Below are positions 27,290 through 36,309 of a stretch of DNA of 38,213 nt, in pieces (the stretch's first letter is position 1; each line of letters starts with the position of its first letter). The translations under genes were made by a program, and so were the position numbers. Where the stretch lies: the sequence record SRR31156797_8170, one strand, 5' to 3'. The notes below the pieces were generated by a model. It was given only the letters and a program-made list of their open reading frames with translations, was not told the DNA's origin and searched no databases.

Positions 27290-29236
27290 TTATCCTTTTA
27301 CGATATCTTCGATTTTCCCTACAATTGAAGGATCTTCTAAAGTAGAAGTATCTTGAGTGATCTCTTCCCCTTTTACAATCGATCTAAGGATTCTTCTCAT
27401 AATCTTTCCTGATCTAGTTTTTGGAAGATCTGGAACAAATGCAATCTCATCACACAGTGCAATAGCACCAATCTCAGTTTTAATGATACCATTGATAGCT
27501 TTCATCTCTTCAAGCTCATCAGCAATACCCTCATCAGCTTTTAGTACAACATAAGCAAAGATCCCCTCACCTTTTATATCATGAGGTTTTCCAACAACTG
27601 CTACTGAAGCTACGTTTGGATGTTTTTTAATTGCTGCTTCAACTTCAGCTGTACCCATTCTATGTCCACTTACATTGATAACATCATCAGTTCTACCTGT
27701 AATAGTGATATATCCATCTTCACTTTGCATAGCACCATCACCTGTAAAATAAACTGGTTTTCCATCTTTTTTACAATCACCAAAGTAAGATTTTTTAAAT
27801 CTTTCACCATCTCCCCAGATAGTTCTAATCATTGATGGCCAAGGTTTTGTTACACACATAAATCCTTTTTCACCAATTTCAGTAGGAGTTCCATCCTCTT
27901 CAATGATCTCAGCAACGATTCCTGGTAACGGGAATGTAGCACACGCTGGTTTAATAGGAGTAGCAGCTGGTAATGGAGAGATCATATGTCCACCAGTTTC
28001 AGTTTGCCAGTAAGTATCCACGATAGAACATTGACTTCCACCAACCTCTTCATAATACCACTTCCATGCAGGAGGATCGATAGGCTCACCAACAGTTCCA
28101 AGGATTCTAAGTGAACTTAAATCATATTTAGATGGCTCCTCTGCACCAGTTTTATGTAATAGTCTAATTGCTGTAGGAGCCGTGTAGAATTGATTAATTC
28201 TATACTCTTCAACCATTCTCCAACATCTACCAGAATCTGGGAATGTAGGAACCCCTTCAAACATAACTGTAGTAGCTCCAGCTGCTAGTGGACCATATAC
28301 AATATATGTATGTCCTGTAATCCACCCAATATCTGCTGTACACCAATAAGTATCATTGTCTTGGATATCAAATACCCATTCCATAGTCATCTGTGCCCAA
28401 AGGATATATCCTGCACTACTGTGTTGTACCCCTTTTGGTTTTCCAGTTGAACCTGAAGTATAAAGTAAAAACAGTGGATCTTCAGAATCCATTGGCTCAG
28501 CTTCACAATATTGTGATTCTGATTTTACAAGCTCTAAGAATGAGTAATCTCTTCCTGCTACCCAGTTAATATCTTCACCATTTCGTTCAACAACGCAAAC
28601 TTTTTCAACACATTCACACCCTTCTTCTAAAGCCTGATCTACAACAGGTTTTAGCATATAAGGTTTCCCTTTTCTAAATGCACCATCAGCAGTTACCACA
28701 AGTTTTGCACCAGCATCAATAATTCTATCTCTCAATGCTTCAGCAGAGAATCCACCAAATACAACTGAATGGATCGCACCGATCTTCGCACAAGCAAGCA
28801 TAGTTACAGCAGCCTCAGGGATCATTGGCATATAGATAACAACTCTATCACCTTTTTTTACACCAAATCTATTTTTGAACATATTTGCAGTTTTACTTAC
28901 TTCATACGCAAGCTCTCTATATGTTAAGATTCTTTGATCTCCGTTATCACCTTCAAAAATGATCGCTGCTTTATTTTTCTTAGTTTTTAAATGTCTATCA
29001 ACACATTGGTATGCAACATTCATTTGCCCACCAGTAAACCATTTATAAAATGGTGCATCAGACTCATCTAAAATTGTGTCATATTTTTTAAACCAACTAA
29101 TCTTTTCATCCGCAAATTTTGCCCAAGTCCCCTCATAGTCCTTTTCAAATTCTTCTACAAGTTCTTTGTACTCACACATATTTTTAATAAGCGGTTCATT
29201 AAACCTCTCTTTTATTGGGTTGAAAATATTGCTCAT
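27290..29236 (-). CDS. acs: Acetyl-CoA synthetase (AMP-forming)
   Basis: [44 protein letters not shown]. Confidence 0.97.
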   Translation of the reverse strand: MSNIFNPIKERFNEPLIKNMCEYKELVEEFEKDYEGTWAKFADEKISWFKKYDTILDESDAPFYKWFTGGQMNVAYQCVDRHLKTKKNKAAIIFEGDNGDQRILTYRELAYEVSKTANMFKNRFGVKKGDRVVIYMPMIPEAAVTMLACAKIGAIHSVVFGGFSAEALRDRIIDAGAKLVVTADGAFRKGKPYMLKPVVDQALEEGCECVEKVCVVERNGEDINWVAGRDYSFLELVKSESQYCEAEPMDSEDPLFLLYTSGSTGKPKGVQHSSAGYILWAQMTMEWVFDIQDNDTYWCTADIGWITGHTYIVYGPLAAGATTVMFEGVPTFPDSGRCWRMVEEYRINQFYTAPTAIRLLHKTGAEEPSKYDLSSLRILGTVGEPIDPPAWKWYYEEVGGSQCSIVDTYWQTETGGHMISPLPAATPIKPACATFPLPGIVAEIIEEDGTPTEIGEKGFMCVTKPWPSMIRTIWGDGERFKKSYFGDCKKDGKPVYFTGDGAMQSEDGYITITGRTDDVINVSGHRMGTAEVEAAIKKHPNVASVAVVGKPHDIKGEGIFAYVVLKADEGIADELEEMKAINGIIKTEIGAIALCDEIAFVPDLPKTRSGKIMRRILRSIVKGEEITQDTSTLEDPSIVGKIEDIVKG

Positions 29237-29283
29237 CTACTACTCCTAATTTTATTTACAATCGATTTATTATATGTTTATTA

Positions 29284-29304
29284 TATAGCATTTTAATAGC
29301 ATTT
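29284..29304 (-). promoter_or_regulatory. Tandem TGCTA-N6-TGCTA box upstream of acs
   Basis: Plus-strand TATAGCATTTTAATAGCATTT, 20/21 identical to 31863-31883. Confidence 0.65.
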
Positions 29305-29343
29305 TATATTATACGCCAAAGCTTGAAATAAAAAAAAATAAAA

Positions 29344-29358
29344 GTTACATTATGTAAC
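29344..29358. promoter_or_regulatory. Perfect dyad GTTACAT-T-ATGTAAC upstream of acs
   Basis: 15-bp palindrome; related copy GTTTCTAAATGTAAC at 34109-34123. Confidence 0.55.
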
Positions 29359-29367
29359 AATTTTAGC

Positions 29368-29979
29368 TTATAAACTCTTTGTATTTTGTAGTTTTAAAAA
29401 GATCATAGAGGTCATGATCACATCATTGATTGCATCATGTTTTCCTAGTCTTGGTAAACCTAGCCGATTCATGATCACATCAAATCGCAGATCAATATTT
29501 CCACTTTGGTATTTCTTTGCCATCAGATCATAATAAAGAGCTGAGACTTCTATTTGTTTATTTGGAAGTTTTATCCCAAGTTTTGGTTTGACATATCGAT
29601 TGACCATTGCCATATCAAACTCTAAATAGTAACCCACACATGGACGATTTCCAAGAAACTCTAAAAACTCTTCTATCACTTCATCAATATTTCTAGCATT
29701 TAAAATATCACATTCTCTTATATGATGGATCTTAATACTCTCTTCATCTAAAGGCTTTTCTGTTTTACAAAATCTTTCAAATTTTTTGCTATGTAAGATT
29801 TTATTCCCTTTTATAATGATAGCTCCAATAGAAATAATCTCATCTTTTGAAGGATCAAGTCCCGTAGTTTCACAATCAAAACAAACAAACTCATCCCCCT
29901 CATATTTTTCAAAAAGATAGGCATATTTTGGATCTTTTAGATTTTTTTTATTGAAATACTGCTGTATTAATTGAAACAT
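29368..29979 (-). CDS. DEDDh 3'-5' exonuclease (DnaQ-like)
   Basis: FDCETTGL, VGYYLEFD, HDAIND. Confidence 0.9.
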   Translation of the reverse strand: MFQLIQQYFNKKNLKDPKYAYLFEKYEGDEFVCFDCETTGLDPSKDEIISIGAIIIKGNKILHSKKFERFCKTEKPLDEESIKIHHIRECDILNARNIDEVIEEFLEFLGNRPCVGYYLEFDMAMVNRYVKPKLGIKLPNKQIEVSALYYDLMAKKYQSGNIDLRFDVIMNRLGLPRLGKHDAINDVIMTSMIFLKLQNTKSL

Positions 29980-29989
29980 TCATCTTAGC

Positions 29990-31822
29990 CTAGTAGTTAT
30001 TTAATTTATAATGGTAAGTGATAAATTTTTTAAATTTATTAACAATCTTAAAACTATCTTTTAAAAGATCCCTTTCTAATATAGTCAACTTACTTGGATT
30101 GATATAGTTATCAAGCTCTATTCTTTGATCTATCTTTTCAAGTCTAAATCGTAGTCTTAATGTAAGTAAGAAATTAAAAGATTCAATAAGTTCTGTTGTA
30201 GATTCTTTATCTAAGATCTCCATATCATTTAAAGCTTTTAACCTCTCAATTGTATTTGTTTTATAAATGTTTTTTTCTATAGCTAAACTTCTTACCCCAT
30301 GCACTATAGGGAAGATCGCTCCTTTTTTGATATCAAGCTCATTTTTATGCTCCTCTTTATCAACAATAAAGTCACTAAAAAAGCTCAAAGGGGTATCAAA
30401 CATTAATGTTGGTTTTGCAAAAAATGGGTAAAAAGATGGGGTATGCTCACAGATCTTATACATATAATCTTTGAGTCCATATAAAAGCTCTTTATCTCCA
30501 ACCACTGCTTTTGCATCATAAAAAATTGCTAGATGCATATAGTTCTCTTCACTTGGTTCATGGATCCAAGTAGAGAGAGTATTTTTAAACTCCCCTACAC
30601 TCTTTCGCCAATAAGGATTTGAAAGCATAATATTTCCATCACATGGTGGATACCCAAACTCTACTAGATGAGCTGTAAAATCTATAGTAAACTGCTCTAT
30701 CTCTTTTTGAACTAGTGAGCATTTTTCACTGATAATGAGAGCATTATCTTGATCTGTTCGAAGTATCTGCTCCCCTCTTCCTTCACTTCCCATAATAATT
30801 AAACAAGAGTTTTCAAAAAGTTCTTGTGGGGCGGTTAGTTTAAAAAGCTTAGCAAAAAGCTTTTCATTCAATTGAGAGATAAGCTTTGAGATATATCGTA
30901 CCTTTACCCCTTTTTCATATAAAGCTCTAATAGTTCGAATAAACTTAGAACTTGCCTCTTTAAGCTCTTCAACTGTAATCGCTTCTTCAATCAACATACT
31001 TGTAGAATGGGTATGGGAAGCAAAAAAACTACTCAAACTTACAATATCTAAAAGCCCAACGATCTCATTTTCATGTTTTACAATAAGTCGTTTTAGATTA
31101 TATTTTGCCATTTTTAATTGTGCATTAAATAAAAAATCACTAAGTTCAATAGACTTTAATCCATAGGTAGTGATCTGTGATACGGGACCATCAAGATCCA
31201 TCCGTTTTAGTGCAACTTTTTTTACAAAACTAGAATCTGTAACAATCCCTACCTCCCCATCAGCCCTTTTTACTAAGATCGCTTGAATATTATTTTCAAC
31301 TAAGATTTTTACCGTATTGTGAATACTCTCAGTTTCATCAATATACATAGGCTTTTGCAAATAAGCATCTTCTACTTTTGACATAGCAAAATCAAGCAGT
31401 TTTTTCTTTTGTTCATTTTGATTACTATTGTTGAGTTTATCTGCAATGCTTGTAAAAAAGTATCTCTCTAATTGTTCATTTTGGTACATGATCTTTAAAA
31501 AGATATCTCTTGGAAGTGCATAGCAGATACTCTCTTGTGAAGCAATAAAGGTGTGCTTTTCTCTTCCTTCTATTAAAGAGATAGGATCAAAGTATTCATT
31601 TGCTGTATATACTGAAATGATCTCCTCACTATCTTTTTCTTGAATCACCCCTTTTATAACAAAATATAAAAACTCTGGCTTTTCATCACTTTTTAAAATA
31701 GTTTGATTCTCTTTATAATACACTATATCCAAACCATTTGATAACTCATCTAGCTCATACTCATGTAAGTTATCAAATGGTTTGATATTTTTAATGAAAC
31801 TTTTTAATTCTAATAGACTCAT
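29990..31822 (-). CDS. cNMP-binding / CBS / DUF294 nucleotidyltransferase signal-transduction protein
   Basis: N-terminal cNMP-like (LYFVIKGVI), CBS pair (VGIVTD, IVGLL), pol-beta NTase motif MGSEGRGEQ...DQDNAL, C-terminal LDIKKGAIFPIVHGVR...TIERL. Confidence 0.9.
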   Translation of the reverse strand: MSLLELKSFIKNIKPFDNLHEYELDELSNGLDIVYYKENQTILKSDEKPEFLYFVIKGVIQEKDSEEIISVYTANEYFDPISLIEGREKHTFIASQESICYALPRDIFLKIMYQNEQLERYFFTSIADKLNNSNQNEQKKKLLDFAMSKVEDAYLQKPMYIDETESIHNTVKILVENNIQAILVKRADGEVGIVTDSSFVKKVALKRMDLDGPVSQITTYGLKSIELSDFLFNAQLKMAKYNLKRLIVKHENEIVGLLDIVSLSSFFASHTHSTSMLIEEAITVEELKEASSKFIRTIRALYEKGVKVRYISKLISQLNEKLFAKLFKLTAPQELFENSCLIIMGSEGRGEQILRTDQDNALIISEKCSLVQKEIEQFTIDFTAHLVEFGYPPCDGNIMLSNPYWRKSVGEFKNTLSTWIHEPSEENYMHLAIFYDAKAVVGDKELLYGLKDYMYKICEHTPSFYPFFAKPTLMFDTPLSFFSDFIVDKEEHKNELDIKKGAIFPIVHGVRSLAIEKNIYKTNTIERLKALNDMEILDKESTTELIESFNFLLTLRLRFRLEKIDQRIELDNYINPSKLTILERDLLKDSFKIVNKFKKFITYHYKLNNY

Positions 31823-31862
31823 ATAATTTCCTGTAATTTTATAGTAAATATTATCTTTATTC

Positions 31863-31883
31863 TATAGCAATTTAATAGCATTT
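31863..31883 (-). promoter_or_regulatory. Tandem TGCTA-N6-TGCTA box upstream of the DUF294 gene
   Basis: Plus-strand TATAGCAATTTAATAGCATTT. Confidence 0.65.
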
Positions 31884-31922
31884 GACACATTGAGATAAAT
31901 TTTATTATTCTTTTTATGCTTA

Positions 31923-31941
31923 TTGTGAAATTACTTCACAA
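31923..31941. promoter_or_regulatory. Dyad TTGTGAA-N5-TTCACAA upstream of the DUF294 gene
   Basis: 7-bp perfect inverted repeat in the intergenic region. Confidence 0.45.
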
Positions 31942-31961
31942 ACTCTTCATCGCTACAAATA

Positions 31962-31987
31962 AAAAAAGCCCCTTTCAGGGCTTTTTT
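31962..31987 (-). terminator. Intrinsic terminator after actP
   Basis: AAAAAAGCCC-CTTTCA-GGGCTTTTTT with A/T tracts on both sides. Confidence 0.8.
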
Positions 31988-32020
31988 CCATGATTTTAAT
32001 TTTTTGAATAACAAATATTC

Positions 32021-33688
32021 TTAGTGATTTGAAGCGCTATCTGCACCAATACCAGTTTGACATCTGATATTTTGAGCATCAAATTTTTCAATACACTCTT
32101 TTGCATCTTCACTAGTATCTGTAATAGAGAAGAACCAAATTGCTATAAATGCCATAGGTACACTAAATACCGCTGGGAATTTATATGGTACAATTGCTTC
32201 ACCCATTCCTAAAATCTGTGTCCATACAACAGGACCTAGGATTACAAGAATAAGCGCTGATGCTAGACCAACATATCCACCAATAACTGCACCTCTTGTT
32301 GTTAACTTCTTCCAGAAGATTGACATAAATAGTACTGGGAAGTTAGCAGATGCTGCAATAGTAAACGCTAGTGCAACAACAAAAGCAATATTTTGCTTCT
32401 CAAATGCAATACCAAATAAAATAGCAGCTACACCAATTGCAAGTGTTGCATATTTAGAAACTTTCATCTCTTTCTCTTCACTTACTTTTTCACCCTCTTT
32501 TGCAAATGCATTTGCATAAAGGTCATGTGAAATAGCTGAAGCCCCAGCAAGTGTAAGACCAGAAACAACTGCTAAAATTGTAGCAAAAGCAACTGCTGAG
32601 ATAAATCCAAGGAAGTAATCTCCACCAACAGCGTGAGCTAACCAAACCGCAGCCATATTGTTCATACCCTTAAGAGTATTTGTAGTGTCATCCCAATAGA
32701 TTCCACCCTCAGCTCCAAGAACAAGTACAATCGCACCAAATCCCATGATAAATGTTAAGATATAGAAATACCCAATTAAACCAGTTGCAACAAATACAGA
32801 CTTTCTAGCCTCTTTTGCATCAGCAACAGTAAAGAATCTCATAAGGATATGAGGAAGTCCTGCTGTACCAAACATAAGAGCAATACCTAAAGAAATAGCA
32901 GAGATAGGATCACTTACAAGTCCACCTGGAGTCATAATATCTATACCATTTGGATGGATCTCAGTTGCAGATTTAAATAATGATTCAAAACTAAATCCAA
33001 ACTGTGCCATAACCATGATTGACATAAAAGTTGTACCAGCTAATAATAATACAGCTTTAATAATTTGTACCCAAGTAACAGAAAGCATACCACCATATGC
33101 AACATAAAGTACCATCAATGCACCAACAAGTACAACTGCAATTTCGTATTCAAGTCCAAATAAAATCTCGATAAGTTTTCCAGATCCAACCATTTGAGCA
33201 ATAAGATATAAAATAACAACTGCGATCGATCCAAGTGCTGATAAAATTCTTACTGGCTTTTGTCTTAACCTATAAGCTGTAACATCTGCAAATGTATATT
33301 TCCCTAAGTTTCTAAGTTGCTCAGAGATCATGAAAAGAATAACTGGCCAACCAACTAAGAATCCAATAGAGAAAATAAGTCCATCATATCCTTTTAAATA
33401 TACCATACCAGTAATACCTAAAAATGATGCAGCTGACATATAATCTCCAGCGATTGCCATACCGTTTTGAGTTCCTGAAATTCCTCCACCTGCAGTATAA
33501 AAGTCACTTGCAGATTTTGTTTTGCTAGCTGCCCACTTTGTAATACCTAAAGTTGCTGCAACAAAGATAAAGAACATAATAACAGCTGGAATATTTAAAT
33601 CCTGCTTAGTCCCTTCACCCATATCACCACCTGCTGCAAAAACAGCTACAATACTTAACATCAATAGAGATAAAACTTTACCTAACAT
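32021..33688 (-). CDS. actP: Cation/acetate symporter ActP (SSS family)
   Basis: [63 protein letters not shown]. Confidence 0.93.
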   Translation of the reverse strand: MLGKVLSLLMLSIVAVFAAGGDMGEGTKQDLNIPAVIMFFIFVAATLGITKWAASKTKSASDFYTAGGGISGTQNGMAIAGDYMSAASFLGITGMVYLKGYDGLIFSIGFLVGWPVILFMISEQLRNLGKYTFADVTAYRLRQKPVRILSALGSIAVVILYLIAQMVGSGKLIEILFGLEYEIAVVLVGALMVLYVAYGGMLSVTWVQIIKAVLLLAGTTFMSIMVMAQFGFSFESLFKSATEIHPNGIDIMTPGGLVSDPISAISLGIALMFGTAGLPHILMRFFTVADAKEARKSVFVATGLIGYFYILTFIMGFGAIVLVLGAEGGIYWDDTTNTLKGMNNMAAVWLAHAVGGDYFLGFISAVAFATILAVVSGLTLAGASAISHDLYANAFAKEGEKVSEEKEMKVSKYATLAIGVAAILFGIAFEKQNIAFVVALAFTIAASANFPVLFMSIFWKKLTTRGAVIGGYVGLASALILVILGPVVWTQILGMGEAIVPYKFPAVFSVPMAFIAIWFFSITDTSEDAKECIEKFDAQNIRCQTGIGADSASNH

Positions 33689-34004
33689 TATTTCATCTCC
33701 TTTGCAATATCTTCTTTGATCTTATTTGTAAGATCATCAAACTCAGAGTTCGCTCTTTTTACATAAATTCCTGTTAATGCAAACGCAAAAACAATAATCC
33801 CTACACCTAATGGGATCCCCAAGTAGTCATTCCACCACTTATACTTGCACCTAATGTCTCAGGGCTAAATGCAATAAATAAAATAAATGCATAATACACC
33901 ACAAGAATAGTAATAGTTAATTTCCAAGCAAAAGAACCTCTTTTAGTAATCAGTTCTTGATACGCTGGATTAGCTTTTACTTTTTCAACTAAACTCTTAT
34001 CCAT
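33688..34004 (-). pseudogene. yjcH: DUF485 / YjcH membrane protein with a 1-nt frameshift (real or assembly error)
   Basis: ATG 34004 (SD AAAGGAG) reads MDKSLVEK...GGMTT. After a missing base at 33817-33822 another frame continues GIPLGVGIIVFAFALTGIYVKRANSEFDDL...KEMK* to a TAA overlapping the actP ATG. Span is 317 nt, one short of 106 codons. Confidence 0.85.
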
Positions 34005-34047
34005 AATCTCTCCTTTGTTAGTTTCAATTGAGATTGTATTTGTCCAA

Positions 34048-34068
34048 GGTAGCAAAAACGTAGCATAT
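34048..34068 (-). promoter_or_regulatory. Tandem TGCTA-N6-TGCTA box upstream of yjcH-actP
   Basis: Plus-strand GGTAGCAAAAACGTAGCATAT; TACAAT (34033-34038, minus) lies 11 nt downstream. Confidence 0.6.
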
Positions 34069-34298
34069 TGATGATATTATAATTTATTATAAAGAAAAAA
34101 AATATTTTGTTTCTAAATGTAACATGATATTTTAATGAATAAAGATTCAAGATTAAAAAGTGTTTTTTTGTAACGTTTTTAAACACTCTATTGAGTTTTT
34201 GTACTATCTAGCTAAAGTATAAGTCTATTTAATAGTTGGTTTCAAAGGCTAAAGACCTCACTATTACTTCATATGAGAGAAGAAGAATAAACATTCTT

Positions 34299-35642
34299 CT
34301 AATCTAAAAACCCTTTAAACCCATAAAACTCTGGAAATAGAACAATTGAGCTTAATACCAGTATTTGTAAAAAGATAAAAGGGATCACCCCTTTATAGAT
34401 ATCAAGGGTTTGCACTCCTTTTGGTGCGACCCCTTTTAGATAAAAAAGTGAAAATCCAAATGGAGGAGTTAAAAATGAGGTTTGCAGATTCATAGCAATC
34501 AAAATACCAAACCAAAGCATGTCAATATTAAGCATCTCAGCAATTGGATAAATAATAGGGATTACAATAAAAGTGATCTCCACAAAATCGATAAAAAACC
34601 CAAGGATCAAAATACCAATCATAACAAGAATCAAAAATCCCCATTTTTCCCCAGGTAAACTAGTCATAAACTCTTCTACCAACTCCTCTCCACCAGTATA
34701 TGAAAACACCATTGAAAAAGCAGTCGCTCCAATAAGTATAGTAAATACCATTGCTGTGATTTTTACTGTCTCTAAAGCTGATTCTTTTAATATATTCCAA
34801 GAGAACTGTTTATAAAAAAGAGAAAGGAGTATTGCACCTATTCCACCAACCGCTGATGATTCTGTTGGAGTAGCAATTCCAGCAAAGATAGAGCCTAAAA
34901 CGATACCAATAAGTGCAAGAGGTGGGATAATCGCTTTTAAAGCTTTAATAATCTCTTGAGTATCTATTTTTGTATCTGTATTGATTGCAGGTGCCACATC
35001 TTTATTAAAATAAGATATTGTCAATACATATGCTATATACACACCTACTAGTATGACCCCTGGCATCACTGCTGCTTTAAAAAGATCTCCAACTGCCACA
35101 CCTAAAACATCTCCTAAAATAATAAGTACAATTGAGGGTGGGATAATCTGCCCTAGAGTTCCTGAAGCACATATAGTTCCTGTGGAAAGTTTTTTAGAAT
35201 ACCCATATTTTAACATTACAGGAAGAGAGATCACTCCCATTGCTACTACACTAGCACCCACTACTCCAGTACTTGCTGCTAGGAGAGTCCCTACTAAAAT
35301 CGTAGAGATTGCAAGACCTCCTCGAACTGATCCAAAAAGCATCCCCATTGATTCTAGTAACTGTTCTGCTAATTTTGTTTTTTGTAAAATGATTCCCATA
35401 AAGATAAAAAGAGGAATAGCCATTAAAATAGTATTTTCCATAATAGAATAGATTCGAAATGGCATCATCTCAAAAAGCTCGATTCCTGTAAGAAAATGCT
35501 CTATAAAACCATTTTCCATTCCATCACTAAACCCTTCAGAATAAATTCCAAATACTAAAGCTACTCCACCAAAAGTAAAAGCTACTGGGAACCCAGCAAG
35601 CAACATAATAAGCGCTGTAAAAAACATATATATTCCAATCAT
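34299..35642 (-). CDS. dctM: TRAP transporter large permease
   Basis: LMAIPLFIFMG, ASGTLGQIIPPS, GIATPTES, LTPPFGFSLFYL. Confidence 0.93.
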   Translation of the reverse strand: MIGIYMFFTALIMLLAGFPVAFTFGGVALVFGIYSEGFSDGMENGFIEHFLTGIELFEMMPFRIYSIMENTILMAIPLFIFMGIILQKTKLAEQLLESMGMLFGSVRGGLAISTILVGTLLAASTGVVGASVVAMGVISLPVMLKYGYSKKLSTGTICASGTLGQIIPPSIVLIILGDVLGVAVGDLFKAAVMPGVILVGVYIAYVLTISYFNKDVAPAINTDTKIDTQEIIKALKAIIPPLALIGIVLGSIFAGIATPTESSAVGGIGAILLSLFYKQFSWNILKESALETVKITAMVFTILIGATAFSMVFSYTGGEELVEEFMTSLPGEKWGFLILVMIGILILGFFIDFVEITFIVIPIIYPIAEMLNIDMLWFGILIAMNLQTSFLTPPFGFSLFYLKGVAPKGVQTLDIYKGVIPFIFLQILVLSSIVLFPEFYGFKGFLD

Positions 35643-35643
35643 T

Positions 35644-36180
35644 TTACAGCCCTTTATTGATTTGATCTTGTTTTTGCATTTTTTTACACTCTATAATAGT
35701 TGCAATATTTCGCAAAATAAAAGAGATCGTTGCAATGATCAAAAATATAAAAGATATCCCTATCACACTTTTAATGATAAACCTATGTGGTAAGCCACCT
35801 GGGTCTCCACTATTTTCTCCAAGTTCATAGGCTTCATAGGCAAAGTGATATCCATTTTTAATTAAAATAATTGATAGAGGAAGAATAAAGATAAAAGAGC
35901 CAATAATATTAATGAAAGCTTGACGTCTAGGCTTCATATTTTCATAAAACATATCGACTCTTACATGGGCATTTTCTTTTAATGAATAGGCCATACCAAA
36001 TAAAAAAACAATTGAGAAAAGATGCCATTCAAGCTCTTGCATCCCGATAGAGCTATCTTTGAAAATATACCTCATAGTTACATCATAAAAAACATTTAAA
36101 AGCATCAATATCATCGCACTTGCGGCAATATACCCTATAATATCTGTAAATTTATCAAAATATTTTATCACTTTGTTCAT
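35644..36180 (-). CDS. dctQ: TRAP transporter small permease (start 36180 preferred)
   Basis: DVTMRY, QELEWHLF, AHVRVD; four TM helices; SD AAGGA before ATG 36180. Confidence 0.9.
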   Translation of the reverse strand: MNKVIKYFDKFTDIIGYIAASAMILMLLNVFYDVTMRYIFKDSSIGMQELEWHLFSIVFLFGMAYSLKENAHVRVDMFYENMKPRRQAFINIIGSFIFILPLSIILIKNGYHFAYEAYELGENSGDPGGLPHRFIIKSVIGISFIFLIIATISFILRNIATIIECKKMQKQDQINKGL

Positions 36181-36278
36181 ATCTATCCTTTTATTCAAAG
36201 ATAGATATTTTAACAAAGTTTCCTAAGAGTTATTCTACTTTTTAGATTCTTTGTAAAAAAATACTAGAAATGTCACGA

Positions 36279-36309
36279 TTATAAAAAAGAAATGACTCCT
36301 TTTTTATAA
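36279..36309 (-). terminator. AT-rich hairpin after the RND gene
   Basis: TTATAAAAAAG-N9-CTTTTTTATAA, overlapping the stop codon. Confidence 0.4.

Noticed and set aside
29284-29304. Sigma-54 promoter reading of the TGCTA repeats
   Set aside because: A -12 TGC is present but the invariant -24 GG is absent in all three copies.
31924-31940. Canonical CRP site upstream of the cNMP-domain gene
   Set aside because: Spacing is TGTGA-N7-TCACA rather than N6; kept only as an unassigned dyad.
33817-33820. Classical poly-G phase variation in yjcH
   Set aside because: The tract is only 4-5 G, well below the lengths typical of Campylobacterota contingency loci.
33807-34055. 82-aa ORF as listed in the track
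   Set aside because: Its TTG start lies inside the upstream regulatory box and its stop results from the frameshift; replaced by 33688-34004.
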